A DNA stretch of 64,000 nucleotides, from positions 11,284,001-11,348,000 of the forward strand of contig OZ059894.1 of the NCBI GenBank assembly GCA_964057225.1, given 5' to 3'. The notes under the pieces were generated by a model that saw only the letters and a program-made list of their open reading frames with translations, was not told where the DNA came from and ran no database searches. Both the position numbers and the translations under genes were made by a program. The stretch is from Auanema rhodensis. Lineage: Eukaryota > Animalia > Nematoda. Shown one piece after another: positions 23,080 through 37,715 of this stretch (positions are counted from its first letter, which is position 1; the number at the start of each line of letters is the position of its first letter).

Positions 23080-24261
23080 ACAGTAAAAAGTCCAATCAAG
23101 AGAGAAATTTTTTCAACACATAGTTGTTTTTTTTTTAAATATCATTGTTTTTCCTCATAACTCGGTTTAAACTCGTTCTAACCCGTTGAAATACGTCTAG
23201 AAAGTCTTTATAACATGCATATGTATGATAGAACTTCATATTTATTGTAATAGAAAATTTTATTTTCAGACGTCTTGGTTAACAATGATATGTTTTACCC
23301 CCTTATAATTTTTATCATAATGTTCCTTATACGGAACGCTCAATGAAACTTGCTTCCAGAAAAATTTCTTTCTATTTTTTCTTCATATGTACGTAGATAC
23401 TATAGAGAACTATGATAGAAAACTTTAACATTCACGAAATCATCATTTCTCATTACGCTACGGAGGTTTAAAAAGCTGTGTTTTACCTTATAATAGACCG
23501 GAAAACCCTTGTGTTAAAACTGGACCGTTTTTACACATATAAAAATGTCCCGTATTCGGGACCCTAATGTAACTTTTGATTCCCTATATTTTTTTTCATG
23601 AAATTTACAATCTACTGTAGAAAGAAGAATTATTTTTATAAAAACTGTAAATTTTTGAAAAATGAAAACAAAACGAAAACAAAAACAACTTTTTTTTGAA
23701 CATTTTCTCACACAAGGGTCCCCCCTTACCTACTTTTTTTCTCATTACTCGTTTCAACCTCATCCGATCACTCTGCAAACATGTTTAATCGTTCTAACTT
23801 GTTGAAATACGTCTTAAAAGTCTAAACAACATGCATATGCATAATAGAAACCACCCGAATAGGCCCCCACGCACTAAACGAGATATATACATTACCAGTA
23901 TAGTAATAGAACACATATTGAAGATTAATTCGATAAGAACAATTTATTGACGTAGAGAATGTTTGTTCCGAAAAACTACAATATTAAACTATAAAAGTAA
24001 CAAAAGCGTAGAGGCAGCAAAGACATGAATAAACATAAATGTAAATACAGAATTACCAGGTAGTACATAAGTATGACAAAAAATTATAAGAAAGCCATGA
24101 AAATAGAAGGTTTGTGAACAAATGAGAGGTACATCTTTGATCGTATAGTCATTTCTAAACCGTTCGTATGCTGCAGCATCGTCATAAGCGTCACTCAAGT
24201 TGAATTTCCATGTGTACTACACGATTTTCATTCTTATTGTTACATTCTTTCCCTGAGGGAA

Positions 24262-24445
24262 TGGGCCGTTCCCGCCAGCAGTGCAAGAGCGGGTCGACCC
24301 GTGAGGTGGAGCTAGCAAGCCAGCATCTACCTCAAGTCTCAAAAATCGGTTAACCTTATTGTGAACCAATGGAACACATATCGAAGGTTAATTCGATAAG
24401 AACGATTACTACACTTTGATCTTAGCCAAAAGGCCGAGAAGCGAT
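24262..24445 (-). ncRNA. U2: U2 snRNA gene
   Basis: Matches 5727-5910. Confidence 0.96.
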
Positions 24446-24887
24446 ACAGCATAGCCATGAGTATCAAAGACATCAAGCAAATGTATCGTACTTGTTACGA
24501 GTGCACTCTCTCATTTGAATATAAAAGTGTGGTTTGACAATCTTGACTGTACAGGTCATAAATGGCTCATATAAACTGTGGATTTACTCAACTTTTGGAC
24601 TTATTTTTTTCTTATTCGAAGCGCTGCACTTTTTTCTATTCTTTTTATTCAAATACTTGTATATAGTTTTATATGTACGGTTGCAAAGTTTCCGAATATT
24701 TTATATATTTTTATACAATAATTAGGAGAAGGTTAATACAATGAAATCTCCCAACTTTACAGTGTTTGTATTGCTTACAGTATCTAGAACAACCACTCTT
24801 GTAATATTAGAGCACATATCAATCAACAACTTTTTCTAGTTATCAAAGCTTTTTTATTTCTTCAAGATATTTCAAATAAAATATAAA

Positions 24888-25006
24888 AGCTTACGACACC
24901 CGGGATTCCCAAGCCGTCTCCGATCCAAGTACTAACCGGGCCCAACGTTGCTTGACTTGCCAGATCGGACGGGATGGCGTACTTTCAACGTGGTATGGTC
25001 GTAAGC
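24888..25006 (-). rRNA. 5S: 5S rRNA gene
   Basis: Same 119-mer. Confidence 0.97.
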
Positions 25007-25247
25007 AATGTTATATTCTTCATTATCAGTTATATCACTCTAAATCTTGTTGTTAATAGTTAGGACCACAAAGAAAACAACAGGAACAGTAACAAATGAA
25101 ATGCCCAAACTTTACAGTGTTCGAGTTATTTACAGTATCTAAGACTACCTCTGTCGTGTTATTAGAGCAAACATTCGATTAACAACAACTTTTTTTTAGT
25201 TATCAAAGCTTTTTTATTTCTTCAAAAAATTTCAAATAAAATATAAA

Positions 25248-25366
25248 AGCTTACGACACCCGGGATTCCCAAGCCGTCTCCGATCCAAGTACTAACCGGG
25301 CCCAACGTTGCTTGACTTGCCAGATCGGACGGGATGGCGTACTTTCAACGTGGTATGGTCGTAAGC
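25248..25366 (-). rRNA. 5S: 5S rRNA gene
   Basis: Same 119-mer. Confidence 0.97.
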
Positions 25367-25508
25367 AATGTCATATTCTTCATTATCAGTTATATCACTC
25401 TAAATCTTGTTGTTAATAGATACGACCACAAAGAAAACAACAGGAACAGTAACAATAACAAAAAAAATTTTTTTTTCACCTATGTGTCTAAAGGTTAGCC
25501 ATGTATCC

Positions 25509-25556
<48 letters not shown>

Positions 25557-26738
25557 ACAGTAAAAAGTCCAATCAAGAGAGAAATTTTTTCAACACATAG
25601 TTGTTTTTTTTTTAAATATCATTGTTTTTCCTCATAACTCGGTTTAAACTCGTTCTAACCCGTTGAAATACGTCTAGAAAGTCTTTATAACATGCATATG
25701 TATGATAGAACTTCATATTTATTGTAATAGAAAATTTTATTTTCAGACGTCTTGGTTAACAATGATATGTTTTACCCCCTTATAATTTTTATCATAATGT
25801 TCCTTATACGGAACGCTCAATGAAACTTGCTTCCAGAAAAATTTCTTTCTATTTTTTCTTCATATGTACGTAGATACTATAGAGAACTATGATAGAAAAC
25901 TTTAACATTCACGAAATCATCATTTCTCATTACGCTACGGAGGTTTAAAAAGCTGTGTTTTACCTTATAATAGACCGGAAAACCCTTGTGTTAAAACTGG
26001 ACCGTTTTTACACATATAAAAATGTCCCGTATTCGGGACCCTAATGTAACTTTTGATTCCCTATATTTTTTTTCATGAAATTTACAATCTACTGTAGAAA
26101 GAAGAATTATTTTTATAAAAACTGTAAATTTTTGAAAAATGAAAACAAAACGAAAACAAAAACAACTTTTTTTTGAACATTTTCTCACACAAGGGTCCCC
26201 CCTTACCTACTTTTTTTCTCATTACTCGTTTCAACCTCATCCGATCACTCTGCAAACATGTTTAATCGTTCTAACTTGTTGAAATACGTCTTAAAAGTCT
26301 AAACAACATGCATATGCATAATAGAAACCACCCGAATAGGCCCCCACGCACTAAACGAGATATATACATTACCAGTATAGTAATAGAACACATATTGAAG
26401 ATTAATTCGATAAGAACAATTTATTGACGTAGAGAATGTTTGTTCCGAAAAACTACAATATTAAACTATAAAAGTAACAAAAGCGTAGAGGCAGCAAAGA
26501 CATGAATAAACATAAATGTAAATACAGAATTACCAGGTAGTACATAAGTATGACAAAAAATTATAAGAAAGCCATGAAAATAGAAGGTTTGTGAACAAAT
26601 GAGAGGTACATCTTTGATCGTATAGTCATTTCTAAACCGTTCGTATGCTGCAGCATCGTCATAAGCGTCACTCAAGTTGAATTTCCATGTGTACTACACG
26701 ATTTTCATTCTTATTGTTACATTCTTTCCCTGAGGGAA

Positions 26739-26922
26739 TGGGCCGTTCCCGCCAGCAGTGCAAGAGCGGGTCGACCCGTGAGGTGGAGCTAGCAAGCCAG
26801 CATCTACCTCAAGTCTCAAAAATCGGTTAACCTTATTGTGAACCAATGGAACACATATCGAAGGTTAATTCGATAAGAACGATTACTACACTTTGATCTT
26901 AGCCAAAAGGCCGAGAAGCGAT
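26739..26922 (-). ncRNA. U2: U2 snRNA gene
   Basis: Matches 5727-5910. Confidence 0.96.
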
Positions 26923-27364
26923 ACAGCATAGCCATGAGTATCAAAGACATCAAGCAAATGTATCGTACTTGTTACGAGTGCACTCTCTCATTTGAATATA
27001 AAAGTGTGGTTTGACAATCTTGACTGTACAGGTCATAAATGGCTCATATAAACTGTGGATTTACTCAACTTTTGGACTTATTTTTTTCTTATTCGAAGCG
27101 CTGCACTTTTTTCTATTCTTTTTATTCAAATACTTGTATATAGTTTTATATGTACGGTTGCAAAGTTTCCGAATATTTTATATATTTTTATACAATAATT
27201 AGGAGAAGGTTAATACAATGAAATCTCCCAACTTTACAGTGTTTGTATTGCTTACAGTATCTAGAACAACCACTCTTGTAATATTAGAGCACATATCAAT
27301 CAACAACTTTTTCTAGTTATCAAAGCTTTTTTATTTCTTCAAGATATTTCAAATAAAATATAAA

Positions 27365-27483
27365 AGCTTACGACACCCGGGATTCCCAAGCCGTCTCCGA
27401 TCCAAGTACTAACCGGGCCCAACGTTGCTTGACTTGCCAGATCGGACGGGATGGCGTACTTTCAACGTGGTATGGTCGTAAGC
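27365..27483 (-). rRNA. 5S: 5S rRNA gene
   Basis: Same 119-mer. Confidence 0.97.
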
Positions 27484-27724
27484 AATGTTATATTCTTCAT
27501 TATCAGTTATATCACTCTAAATCTTGTTGTTAATAGTTAGGACCACAAAGAAAACAACAGGAACAGTAACAAATGAAATGCCCAAACTTTACAGTGTTCG
27601 AGTTATTTACAGTATCTAAGACTACCTCTGTCGTGTTATTAGAGCAAACATTCGATTAACAACAACTTTTTTTTAGTTATCAAAGCTTTTTTATTTCTTC
27701 AAAAAATTTCAAATAAAATATAAA

Positions 27725-27843
27725 AGCTTACGACACCCGGGATTCCCAAGCCGTCTCCGATCCAAGTACTAACCGGGCCCAACGTTGCTTGACTTGCCAG
27801 ATCGGACGGGATGGCGTACTTTCAACGTGGTATGGTCGTAAGC
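27725..27843 (-). rRNA. 5S: 5S rRNA gene
   Basis: Same 119-mer. Confidence 0.97.
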
Positions 27844-27985
27844 AATGTCATATTCTTCATTATCAGTTATATCACTCTAAATCTTGTTGTTAATAGATAC
27901 GACCACAAAGAAAACAACAGGAACAGTAACAATAACAAAAAAAATTTTTTTTTCACCTATGTGTCTAAAGGTTAGCCATGTATCC

Positions 27986-28035
<50 letters not shown>

Positions 28036-29217
28036 ACAGTAAAAAGTCCAATCAAGAGAGAAATTTTTTCAACACATAGTTGTTTTTTTTTTAAATATCA
28101 TTGTTTTTCCTCATAACTCGGTTTAAACTCGTTCTAACCCGTTGAAATACGTCTAGAAAGTCTTTATAACATGCATATGTATGATAGAACTTCATATTTA
28201 TTGTAATAGAAAATTTTATTTTCAGACGTCTTGGTTAACAATGATATGTTTTACCCCCTTATAATTTTTATCATAATGTTCCTTATACGGAACGCTCAAT
28301 GAAACTTGCTTCCAGAAAAATTTCTTTCTATTTTTTCTTCATATGTACGTAGATACTATAGAGAACTATGATAGAAAACTTTAACATTCACGAAATCATC
28401 ATTTCTCATTACGCTACGGAGGTTTAAAAAGCTGTGTTTTACCTTATAATAGACCGGAAAACCCTTGTGTTAAAACTGGACCGTTTTTACACATATAAAA
28501 ATGTCCCGTATTCGGGACCCTAATGTAACTTTTGATTCCCTATATTTTTTTTCATGAAATTTACAATCTACTGTAGAAAGAAGAATTATTTTTATAAAAA
28601 CTGTAAATTTTTGAAAAATGAAAACAAAACGAAAACAAAAACAACTTTTTTTTGAACATTTTCTCACACAAGGGTCCCCCCTTACCTACTTTTTTTCTCA
28701 TTACTCGTTTCAACCTCATCCGATCACTCTGCAAACATGTTTAATCGTTCTAACTTGTTGAAATACGTCTTAAAAGTCTAAACAACATGCATATGCATAA
28801 TAGAAACCACCCGAATAGGCCCCCACGCACTAAACGAGATATATACATTACCAGTATAGTAATAGAACACATATTGAAGATTAATTCGATAAGAACAATT
28901 TATTGACGTAGAGAATGTTTGTTCCGAAAAACTACAATATTAAACTATAAAAGTAACAAAAGCGTAGAGGCAGCAAAGACATGAATAAACATAAATGTAA
29001 ATACAGAATTACCAGGTAGTACATAAGTATGACAAAAAATTATAAGAAAGCCATGAAAATAGAAGGTTTGTGAACAAATGAGAGGTACATCTTTGATCGT
29101 ATAGTCATTTCTAAACCGTTCGTATGCTGCAGCATCGTCATAAGCGTCACTCAAGTTGAATTTCCATGTGTACTACACGATTTTCATTCTTATTGTTACA
29201 TTCTTTCCCTGAGGGAA

Positions 29218-29364
29218 TGGGCCGTTCCCGCCAGCAGTGCAAGAGCGGGTCGACCCGTGAGGTGGAGCTAGCAAGCCAGCATCTACCTCAAGTCTCAAAA
29301 ATCGGTTAACCTTATTGTGAACCAATGGAACACATATCGAAGGTTAATTCGATAAGAACGATTA
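29218..29364 (-). pseudogene. U2: U2 3' part (nt 38-184), interrupted
   Basis: Same 3' junction. Confidence 0.93.
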
Positions 29365-31339
29365 ATGGTTTATTGAATAACTAATGTTATGAAACAATAA
29401 ATAACCAATAAAAAAGAGCCCAGAATCGGGGAGACGGTATTACCAGTACAACTTAAAACAGCAAGTGATTAAAAAGTACAAAATAAAACACATTACCAAC
29501 AGAGGCTAAAACGACTCAAGAGTCGGGGGAGTGGGTTAAAAAAAGTAATGAATAACAAAAAAAATGAATAATAAAGCAGAACAGTGAAAAGTAAATATCA
29601 AGTGCCGCTATGATCAAACAATTTGAGTGCCTACGGCAATAGTGTTAAAAATAAAAAACAAAATACATGTACCAATGAAGGTCAGAAAGAGAGAAAGAAA
29701 AAAGACAAAAATAAGTAATACAAAAAGTAAAAAATATATTACAATCAAATCACAAACAAGTCAATGGATAATTTCTTCTTCATACTGCCTTACACCAGAA
29801 ACATGTTCCACGTAGATATTCCTGGCCCACTTGATGGTATCGGCGACGACGAGCTTCTCCATTAGCCGGTTGTAGTGGCTGCTGATCTTGAGTGATCGGA
29901 GGGCTTGTACGTTGAGCGGGTCCATAGTTCCAAGCATTCCTACGACATACGCTTCTACACTAGTCTTATAACCAAGACATTGGTATTGGCTGGCTATGTC
30001 AGCATATTTCCTCTCCTTTATCATACGCGCGGCTATCATGGCTTGTCGGCGGTTTTCATAGCTCACTGTAACATCAACGATACTACAGTGTTTTGCGTCA
30101 TGATCGACCACTACTATGTCAGGTCGGAGTGTACTATTAATGCCAGGAAGAGGCTGGTTAGTGTAAACTTCTCCGTTTTTAGGCTCTGGCAGGGCTTTGA
30201 TAAGACGGTCCACGATGTTGTTGTGGCGGAGTTGGATTGCTCTCGTGTGAAAGTGGCAGTGTCCAAGAACATGTGCAGCAGTTTCGTTGGGGTAACTACA
30301 CCTGCGGCACTGTTTGTTTCCTTCTCCGTGTCTTCTACAGCCATTGAGCTGGAGAGTATTAAGTCGAGCCTTGTGGATGAATCGCCAATCAGCAAACCGT
30401 ATGAAATCTCCCTTCGCCATAAAGTGATTGGACGCTTTGTTGAGCATTGTGACATCAAAGACTTTCCCTTGATCCGGTTTTTGAAGAAGGATCCGAAGGT
30501 CTTTCAGCCATAATGCACGTCGCAGGCTTCTGTGGCATAGTGAAGGTGTTAACAGTTGGTTGTTTAGATTGAGTTCTAAACCACTTTCGAGGCATGTCCA
30601 GTTAGCGTTGATGAGTTTCTTGAGTTGACGCATCGCTACTCTTACTCTAGTCCAGATGGAGGAAACATCAGATGTTTCGGTGTCGAAAATGCCATCAACG
30701 GAACCGTTGTAATATGCAGCTGTCTCATCGTTACTGGCTTGACGTTTAATCCTTTTTGATGCTACTTTTATTGAGTCTTGATGCGCAATATCAGCTACTA
30801 CAAGATCAGATGACTTCAAAAGTTGGTAGGCATGAGTGACTTCACAGACGTCTGACAGGTGTTGGAGTCGAGAGAGACCAAGTCCGCCGTAGTTAGTTGG
30901 CAGGTAGATTGGTTCAGCACTGGCGTTTGGAGGATAGTGCATCCATCTACGGGCACAGCGTTTGAGTTCTTTGTCAAAGGCGACTAGTTTACTCTTTGGG
31001 ACGTGGCCATTCGTCATATGAAAATTAAGGCAGGGCATCAGGAAGGTGCGTACTGCGTCAGCTTTCTGCCATTCAGCCAGTAAGGATTTGTCAATTTTTT
31101 CCAAGTGTTGACTCATGATATTCACTGTTGGAACCGCAGACTTATGTAAATGCATTCCAGTAGGGATTCCCAGGTGGGAGTAGCTGTCAAATTTGCTGAG
31201 AGCGGGTAGAAAGCAGCTCTGAAGCATGTATGAGGCTGTTGATATTTTCCCTTTGTCGATCGTCAAAGTGGCGCATTTCGCTGGTTTGAAGGTCAAGCCT
31301 GTGAAATTAGCCGCATTTGATGCTGCGTCCAACATTTTC
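29365..31339 (-). mobile_element. 5'-truncated Utopia-like copy (1975 bp; ORF remnant 29761-31339, YADD absent)
   Basis: Ends aacattttc/acggagg, fused to spacer. Confidence 0.94.
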
Positions 31340-32140
31340 ACGGAGGTTTAAAAAGCTGTGTTTTACCTTATAATAGACCGGAAAACCCTTGTGTTAAAAC
31401 TGGACCGTTTTTACACATATAAAAATGTCCCGTATTCGGGACCCTAATGTAACTTTTGATTCCCTATATTTTTTTCATGAAATTTACAATCTACTGTAGA
31501 AAGAAGAATTATTTTTATAAAAACTGTAAATTTTTGAAAAATGAAAACAAAACGAAAACAAAAACAACTTTTTTTTGAACATTTTCTCACACAAGGGTCC
31601 CCCCTTACCTACTTTTTTTCTCATTACTCGTTTCAACCTCATCCGATCACTCTGCAAACATGTTTAATCGTTCTAACTTGTTGAAATACGTCTTAAAAGT
31701 CTAAACAACATGCATATGCATAATAGAAACCACCCGAATAGGCCCCCACGCACTAAACGAGATATATACATTACCAGTATAGTAATAGAACACATATTGA
31801 AGATTAATTCGATAAGAACAATTTATTGACGTAGAGAATGTTTGTTCCGAAAAACTACAATATTAAACTATAAAAGTAACAAAAGCGTAGAGGCAGCAAA
31901 GACATGAATAAACATAAATGTAAATACAGAATTACCAGGTAGTACATAAGTATGACAAAAAATTATAAGAAAGCCATGAAAATAGAAGGTTTGTGAACAA
32001 ATGAGAGGTACATCTTTGATCGTATAGTCATTTCTAAACCGTTCGTATGCTGCAGCATCGTCATAAGCGTCACTCAAGTTGAATTTCCATGTGTACTACA
32101 CGATTTTCATTCTTATTGTTACATTCTTTCCCTGAGGGAA

Positions 32141-32324
32141 TGGGCCGTTCCCGCCAGCAGTGCAAGAGCGGGTCGACCCGTGAGGTGGAGCTAGCAAGCC
32201 AGCATCTACCTCAAGTCTCAAAAATCGGTTAACCTTATTGTGAACCAATGGAACACATATCGAAGGTTAATTCGATAAGAACGATTACTACACTTTGATC
32301 TTAGCCAAAAGGCCGAGAAGCGAT
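32141..32324 (-). ncRNA. U2: U2 snRNA gene
   Basis: Matches 5727-5910. Confidence 0.96.
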
Positions 32325-32766
32325 ACAGCATAGCCATGAGTATCAAAGACATCAAGCAAATGTATCGTACTTGTTACGAGTGCACTCTCTCATTTGAATA
32401 TAAAAGTGTGGTTTGACAATCTTGACTGTACAGGTCATAAATGGCTCATATAAACTGTGGATTTACTCAACTTTTGGACTTATTTTTTTCTTATTCGAAG
32501 CGCTGCACTTTTTTCTATTCTTTTTATTCAAATACTTGTATATAGTTTTATATGTACGGTTGCAAAGTTTCCGAATATTTTATATATTTTTATACAATAA
32601 TTAGGAGAAGGTTAATACAATGAAATCTCCCAACTTTACAGTGTTTGTATTGCTTACAGTATCTAGAACAACCACTCTTGTAATATTAGAGCACATATCA
32701 ATCAACAACTTTTTCTAGTTATCAAAGCTTTTTTATTTCTTCAAGATATTTCAAATAAAATATAAA

Positions 32767-32885
32767 AGCTTACGACACCCGGGATTCCCAAGCCGTCTCC
32801 GATCCAAGTACTAACCGGGCCCAACGTTGCTTGACTTGCCAGATCGGACGGGATGGCGTACTTTCAACGTGGTATGGTCGTAAGC
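32767..32885 (-). rRNA. 5S: 5S rRNA gene
   Basis: Same 119-mer. Confidence 0.97.
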
Positions 32886-33126
32886 AATGTTATATTCTTC
32901 ATTATCAGTTATATCACTCTAAATCTTGTTGTTAATAGTTAGGACCACAAAGAAAACAACAGGAACAGTAACAAATGAAATGCCCAAACTTTACAGTGTT
33001 CGAGTTATTTACAGTATCTAAGACTACCTCTGTCGTGTTATTAGAGCAAACATTCGATTAACAACAACTTTTTTTTAGTTATCAAAGCTTTTTTATTTCT
33101 TCAAAAAATTTCAAATAAAATATAAA

Positions 33127-33245
33127 AGCTTACGACACCCGGGATTCCCAAGCCGTCTCCGATCCAAGTACTAACCGGGCCCAACGTTGCTTGACTTGCC
33201 AGATCGGACGGGATGGCGTACTTTCAACGTGGTATGGTCGTAAGC
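33127..33245 (-). rRNA. 5S: 5S rRNA gene
   Basis: Same 119-mer. Confidence 0.97.
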
Positions 33246-33387
33246 AATGTCATATTCTTCATTATCAGTTATATCACTCTAAATCTTGTTGTTAATAGAT
33301 ACGACCACAAAGAAAACAACAGGAACAGTAACAATAACAAAAAAAATTTTTTTTTCACCTATGTGTCTAAAGGTTAGCCATGTATCC

Positions 33388-33463
<76 letters not shown>

Positions 33464-34645
33464 ACAGTAAAAAGTCCAATCAAGAGAGAAATTTTTTCAA
33501 CACATAGTTGTTTTTTTTTTAAATATCATTGTTTTTCCTCATAACTCGGTTTAAACTCGTTCTAACCCGTTGAAATACGTCTAGAAAGTCTTTATAACAT
33601 GCATATGTATGATAGAACTTCATATTTATTGTAATAGAAAATTTTATTTTCAGACGTCTTGGTTAACAATGATATGTTTTACCCCCTTATAATTTTTATC
33701 ATAATGTTCCTTATACGGAACGCTCAATGAAACTTGCTTCCAGAAAAATTTCTTTCTATTTTTTCTTCATATGTACGTAGATACTATAGAGAACTATGAT
33801 AGAAAACTTTAACATTCACGAAATCATCATTTCTCATTACGCTACGGAGGTTTAAAAAGCTGTGTTTTACCTTATAATAGACCGGAAAACCCTTGTGTTA
33901 AAACTGGACCGTTTTTACACATATAAAAATGTCCCGTATTCGGGACCCTAATGTAACTTTTGATTCCCTATATTTTTTTTCATGAAATTTACAATCTACT
34001 GTAGAAAGAAGAATTATTTTTATAAAAACTGTAAATTTTTGAAAAATGAAAACAAAACGAAAACAAAAACAACTTTTTTTTGAACATTTTCTCACACAAG
34101 GGTCCCCCCTTACCTACTTTTTTTCTCATTACTCGTTTCAACCTCATCCGATCACTCTGCAAACATGTTTAATCGTTCTAACTTGTTGAAATACGTCTTA
34201 AAAGTCTAAACAACATGCATATGCATAATAGAAACCACCCGAATAGGCCCCCACGCACTAAACGAGATATATACATTACCAGTATAGTAATAGAACACAT
34301 ATTGAAGATTAATTCGATAAGAACAATTTATTGACGTAGAGAATGTTTGTTCCGAAAAACTACAATATTAAACTATAAAAGTAACAAAAGCGTAGAGGCA
34401 GCAAAGACATGAATAAACATAAATGTAAATACAGAATTACCAGGTAGTACATAAGTATGACAAAAAATTATAAGAAAGCCATGAAAATAGAAGGTTTGTG
34501 AACAAATGAGAGGTACATCTTTGATCGTATAGTCATTTCTAAACCGTTCGTATGCTGCAGCATCGTCATAAGCGTCACTCAAGTTGAATTTCCATGTGTA
34601 CTACACGATTTTCATTCTTATTGTTACATTCTTTCCCTGAGGGAA

Positions 34646-34792
34646 TGGGCCGTTCCCGCCAGCAGTGCAAGAGCGGGTCGACCCGTGAGGTGGAGCTAGC
34701 AAGCCAGCATCTACCTCAAGTCTCAAAAATCGGTTAACCTTATTGTGAACCAATGGAACACATATCGAAGGTTAATTCGATAAGAACGATTA
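34646..34792 (-). pseudogene. U2: U2 3' part (nt 38-184), interrupted
   Basis: Same 3' junction. Confidence 0.93.
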
Positions 34793-36767
34793 ATGGTTTA
34801 TTGAATAACTAATGTTATGAAACAATAAATAACCAATAAAAAAGAGCCCAGAATCGGGGAGACGGTATTACCAGTACAACTTAAAACAGCAAGTGATTAA
34901 AAAGTACAAAATAAAACACATTACCAACAGAGGCTAAAACGACTCAAGAGTCGGGGGAGTGGGTTAAAAAAAGTAATGAATAACAAAAAAAATGAATAAT
35001 AAAGCAGAACAGTGAAAAGTAAATATCAAGTGCCGCTATGATCAAACAATTTGAGTGCCTACGGCAATAGTGTTAAAAATAAAAAACAAAATACATGTAC
35101 CAATGAAGGTCAGAAAGAGAGAAAGAAAAAAGACAAAAATAAGTAATACAAAAAGTAAAAAATATATTACAATCAAATCACAAACAAGTCAATGGATAAT
35201 TTCTTCTTCATACTGCCTTACACCAGAAACATGTTCCACGTAGATATTCCTGGCCCACTTGATGGTATCGGCGACGACGAGCTTCTCCATTAGCCGGTTG
35301 TAGTGGCTGCTGATCTTGAGTGATCGGAGGGCTTGTACGTTGAGCGGGTCCATAGTTCCAAGCATTCCTACGACATACGCTTCTACACTAGTCTTATAAC
35401 CAAGACATTGGTATTGGCTGGCTATGTCAGCATATTTCCTCTCCTTTATCATACGCGCGGCTATCATGGCTTGTCGGCGGTTTTCATAGCTCACTGTAAC
35501 ATCAACGATACTACAGTGTTTTGCGTCATGATCGACCACTACTATGTCAGGTCGGAGTGTACTATTAATGCCAGGAAGAGGCTGGTTAGTGTAAACTTCT
35601 CCGTTTTTAGGCTCTGGCAGGGCTTTGATAAGACGGTCCACGATGTTGTTGTGGCGGAGTTGGATTGCTCTCGTGTGAAAGTGGCAGTGTCCAAGAACAT
35701 GTGCAGCAGTTTCGTTGGGGTAACTACACCTGCGGCACTGTTTGTTTCCTTCTCCGTGTCTTCTACAGCCATTGAGCTGGAGAGTATTAAGTCGAGCCTT
35801 GTGGATGAATCGCCAATCAGCAAACCGTATGAAATCTCCCTTCGCCATAAAGTGATTGGACGCTTTGTTGAGCATTGTGACATCAAAGACTTTCCCTTGA
35901 TCCGGTTTTTGAAGAAGGATCCGAAGGTCTTTCAGCCATAATGCACGTCGCAGGCTTCTGTGGCATAGTGAAGGTGTTAACAGTTGGTTGTTTAGATTGA
36001 GTTCTAAACCACTTTCGAGGCATGTCCAGTTAGCGTTGATGAGTTTCTTGAGTTGACGCATCGCTACTCTTACTCTAGTCCAGATGGAGGAAACATCAGA
36101 TGTTTCGGTGTCGAAAATGCCATCAACGGAACCGTTGTAATATGCAGCTGTCTCATCGTTACTGGCTTGACGTTTAATCCTTTTTGATGCTACTTTTATT
36201 GAGTCTTGATGCGCAATATCAGCTACTACAAGATCAGATGACTTCAAAAGTTGGTAGGCATGAGTGACTTCACAGACGTCTGACAGGTGTTGGAGTCGAG
36301 AGAGACCAAGTCCGCCGTAGTTAGTTGGCAGGTAGATTGGTTCAGCACTGGCGTTTGGAGGATAGTGCATCCATCTACGGGCACAGCGTTTGAGTTCTTT
36401 GTCAAAGGCGACTAGTTTACTCTTTGGGACGTGGCCATTCGTCATATGAAAATTAAGGCAGGGCATCAGGAAGGTGCGTACTGCGTCAGCTTTCTGCCAT
36501 TCAGCCAGTAAGGATTTGTCAATTTTTTCCAAGTGTTGACTCATGATATTCACTGTTGGAACCGCAGACTTATGTAAATGCATTCCAGTAGGGATTCCCA
36601 GGTGGGAGTAGCTGTCAAATTTGCTGAGAGCGGGTAGAAAGCAGCTCTGAAGCATGTATGAGGCTGTTGATATTTTCCCTTTGTCGATCGTCAAAGTGGC
36701 GCATTTCGCTGGTTTGAAGGTCAAGCCTGTGAAATTAGCCGCATTTGATGCTGCGTCCAACATTTTC
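34793..36767 (-). mobile_element. 5'-truncated Utopia-like copy, same truncation as 29365-31339
   Basis: Identical junction and 526-aa ORF remnant. Confidence 0.94.
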
Positions 36768-37568
36768 ACGGAGGTTTAAAAAGCTGTGTTTTACCTTATA
36801 ATAGACCGGAAAACCCTTGTGTTAAAACTGGACCGTTTTTACACATATAAAAATGTCCCGTATTCGGGACCCTAATGTAACTTTTGATTCCCTATATTTT
36901 TTTCATGAAATTTACAATCTACTGTAGAAAGAAGAATTATTTTTATAAAAACTGTAAATTTTTGAAAAATGAAAACAAAACGAAAACAAAAACAACTTTT
37001 TTTTGAACATTTTCTCACACAAGGGTCCCCCCTTACCTACTTTTTTTCTCATTACTCGTTTCAACCTCATCCGATCACTCTGCAAACATGTTTAATCGTT
37101 CTAACTTGTTGAAATACGTCTTAAAAGTCTAAACAACATGCATATGCATAATAGAAACCACCCGAATAGGCCCCCACGCACTAAACGAGATATATACATT
37201 ACCAGTATAGTAATAGAACACATATTGAAGATTAATTCGATAAGAACAATTTATTGACGTAGAGAATGTTTGTTCCGAAAAACTACAATATTAAACTATA
37301 AAAGTAACAAAAGCGTAGAGGCAGCAAAGACATGAATAAACATAAATGTAAATACAGAATTACCAGGTAGTACATAAGTATGACAAAAAATTATAAGAAA
37401 GCCATGAAAATAGAAGGTTTGTGAACAAATGAGAGGTACATCTTTGATCGTATAGTCATTTCTAAACCGTTCGTATGCTGCAGCATCGTCATAAGCGTCA
37501 CTCAAGTTGAATTTCCATGTGTACTACACGATTTTCATTCTTATTGTTACATTCTTTCCCTGAGGGAA

Positions 37569-37715
37569 TGGGCCGTTCCCGCCAGCAGTGCAAGAGCGGG
37601 TCGACCCGTGAGGTGGAGCTAGCAAGCCAGCATCTACCTCAAGTCTCAAAAATCGGTTAACCTTATTGTGAACCAATGGAACACATATCGAAGGTTAATT
37701 CGATAAGAACGATTA
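37569..37715 (-). pseudogene. U2: U2 3' part (nt 38-184), interrupted
   Basis: Same 3' junction. Confidence 0.93.
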
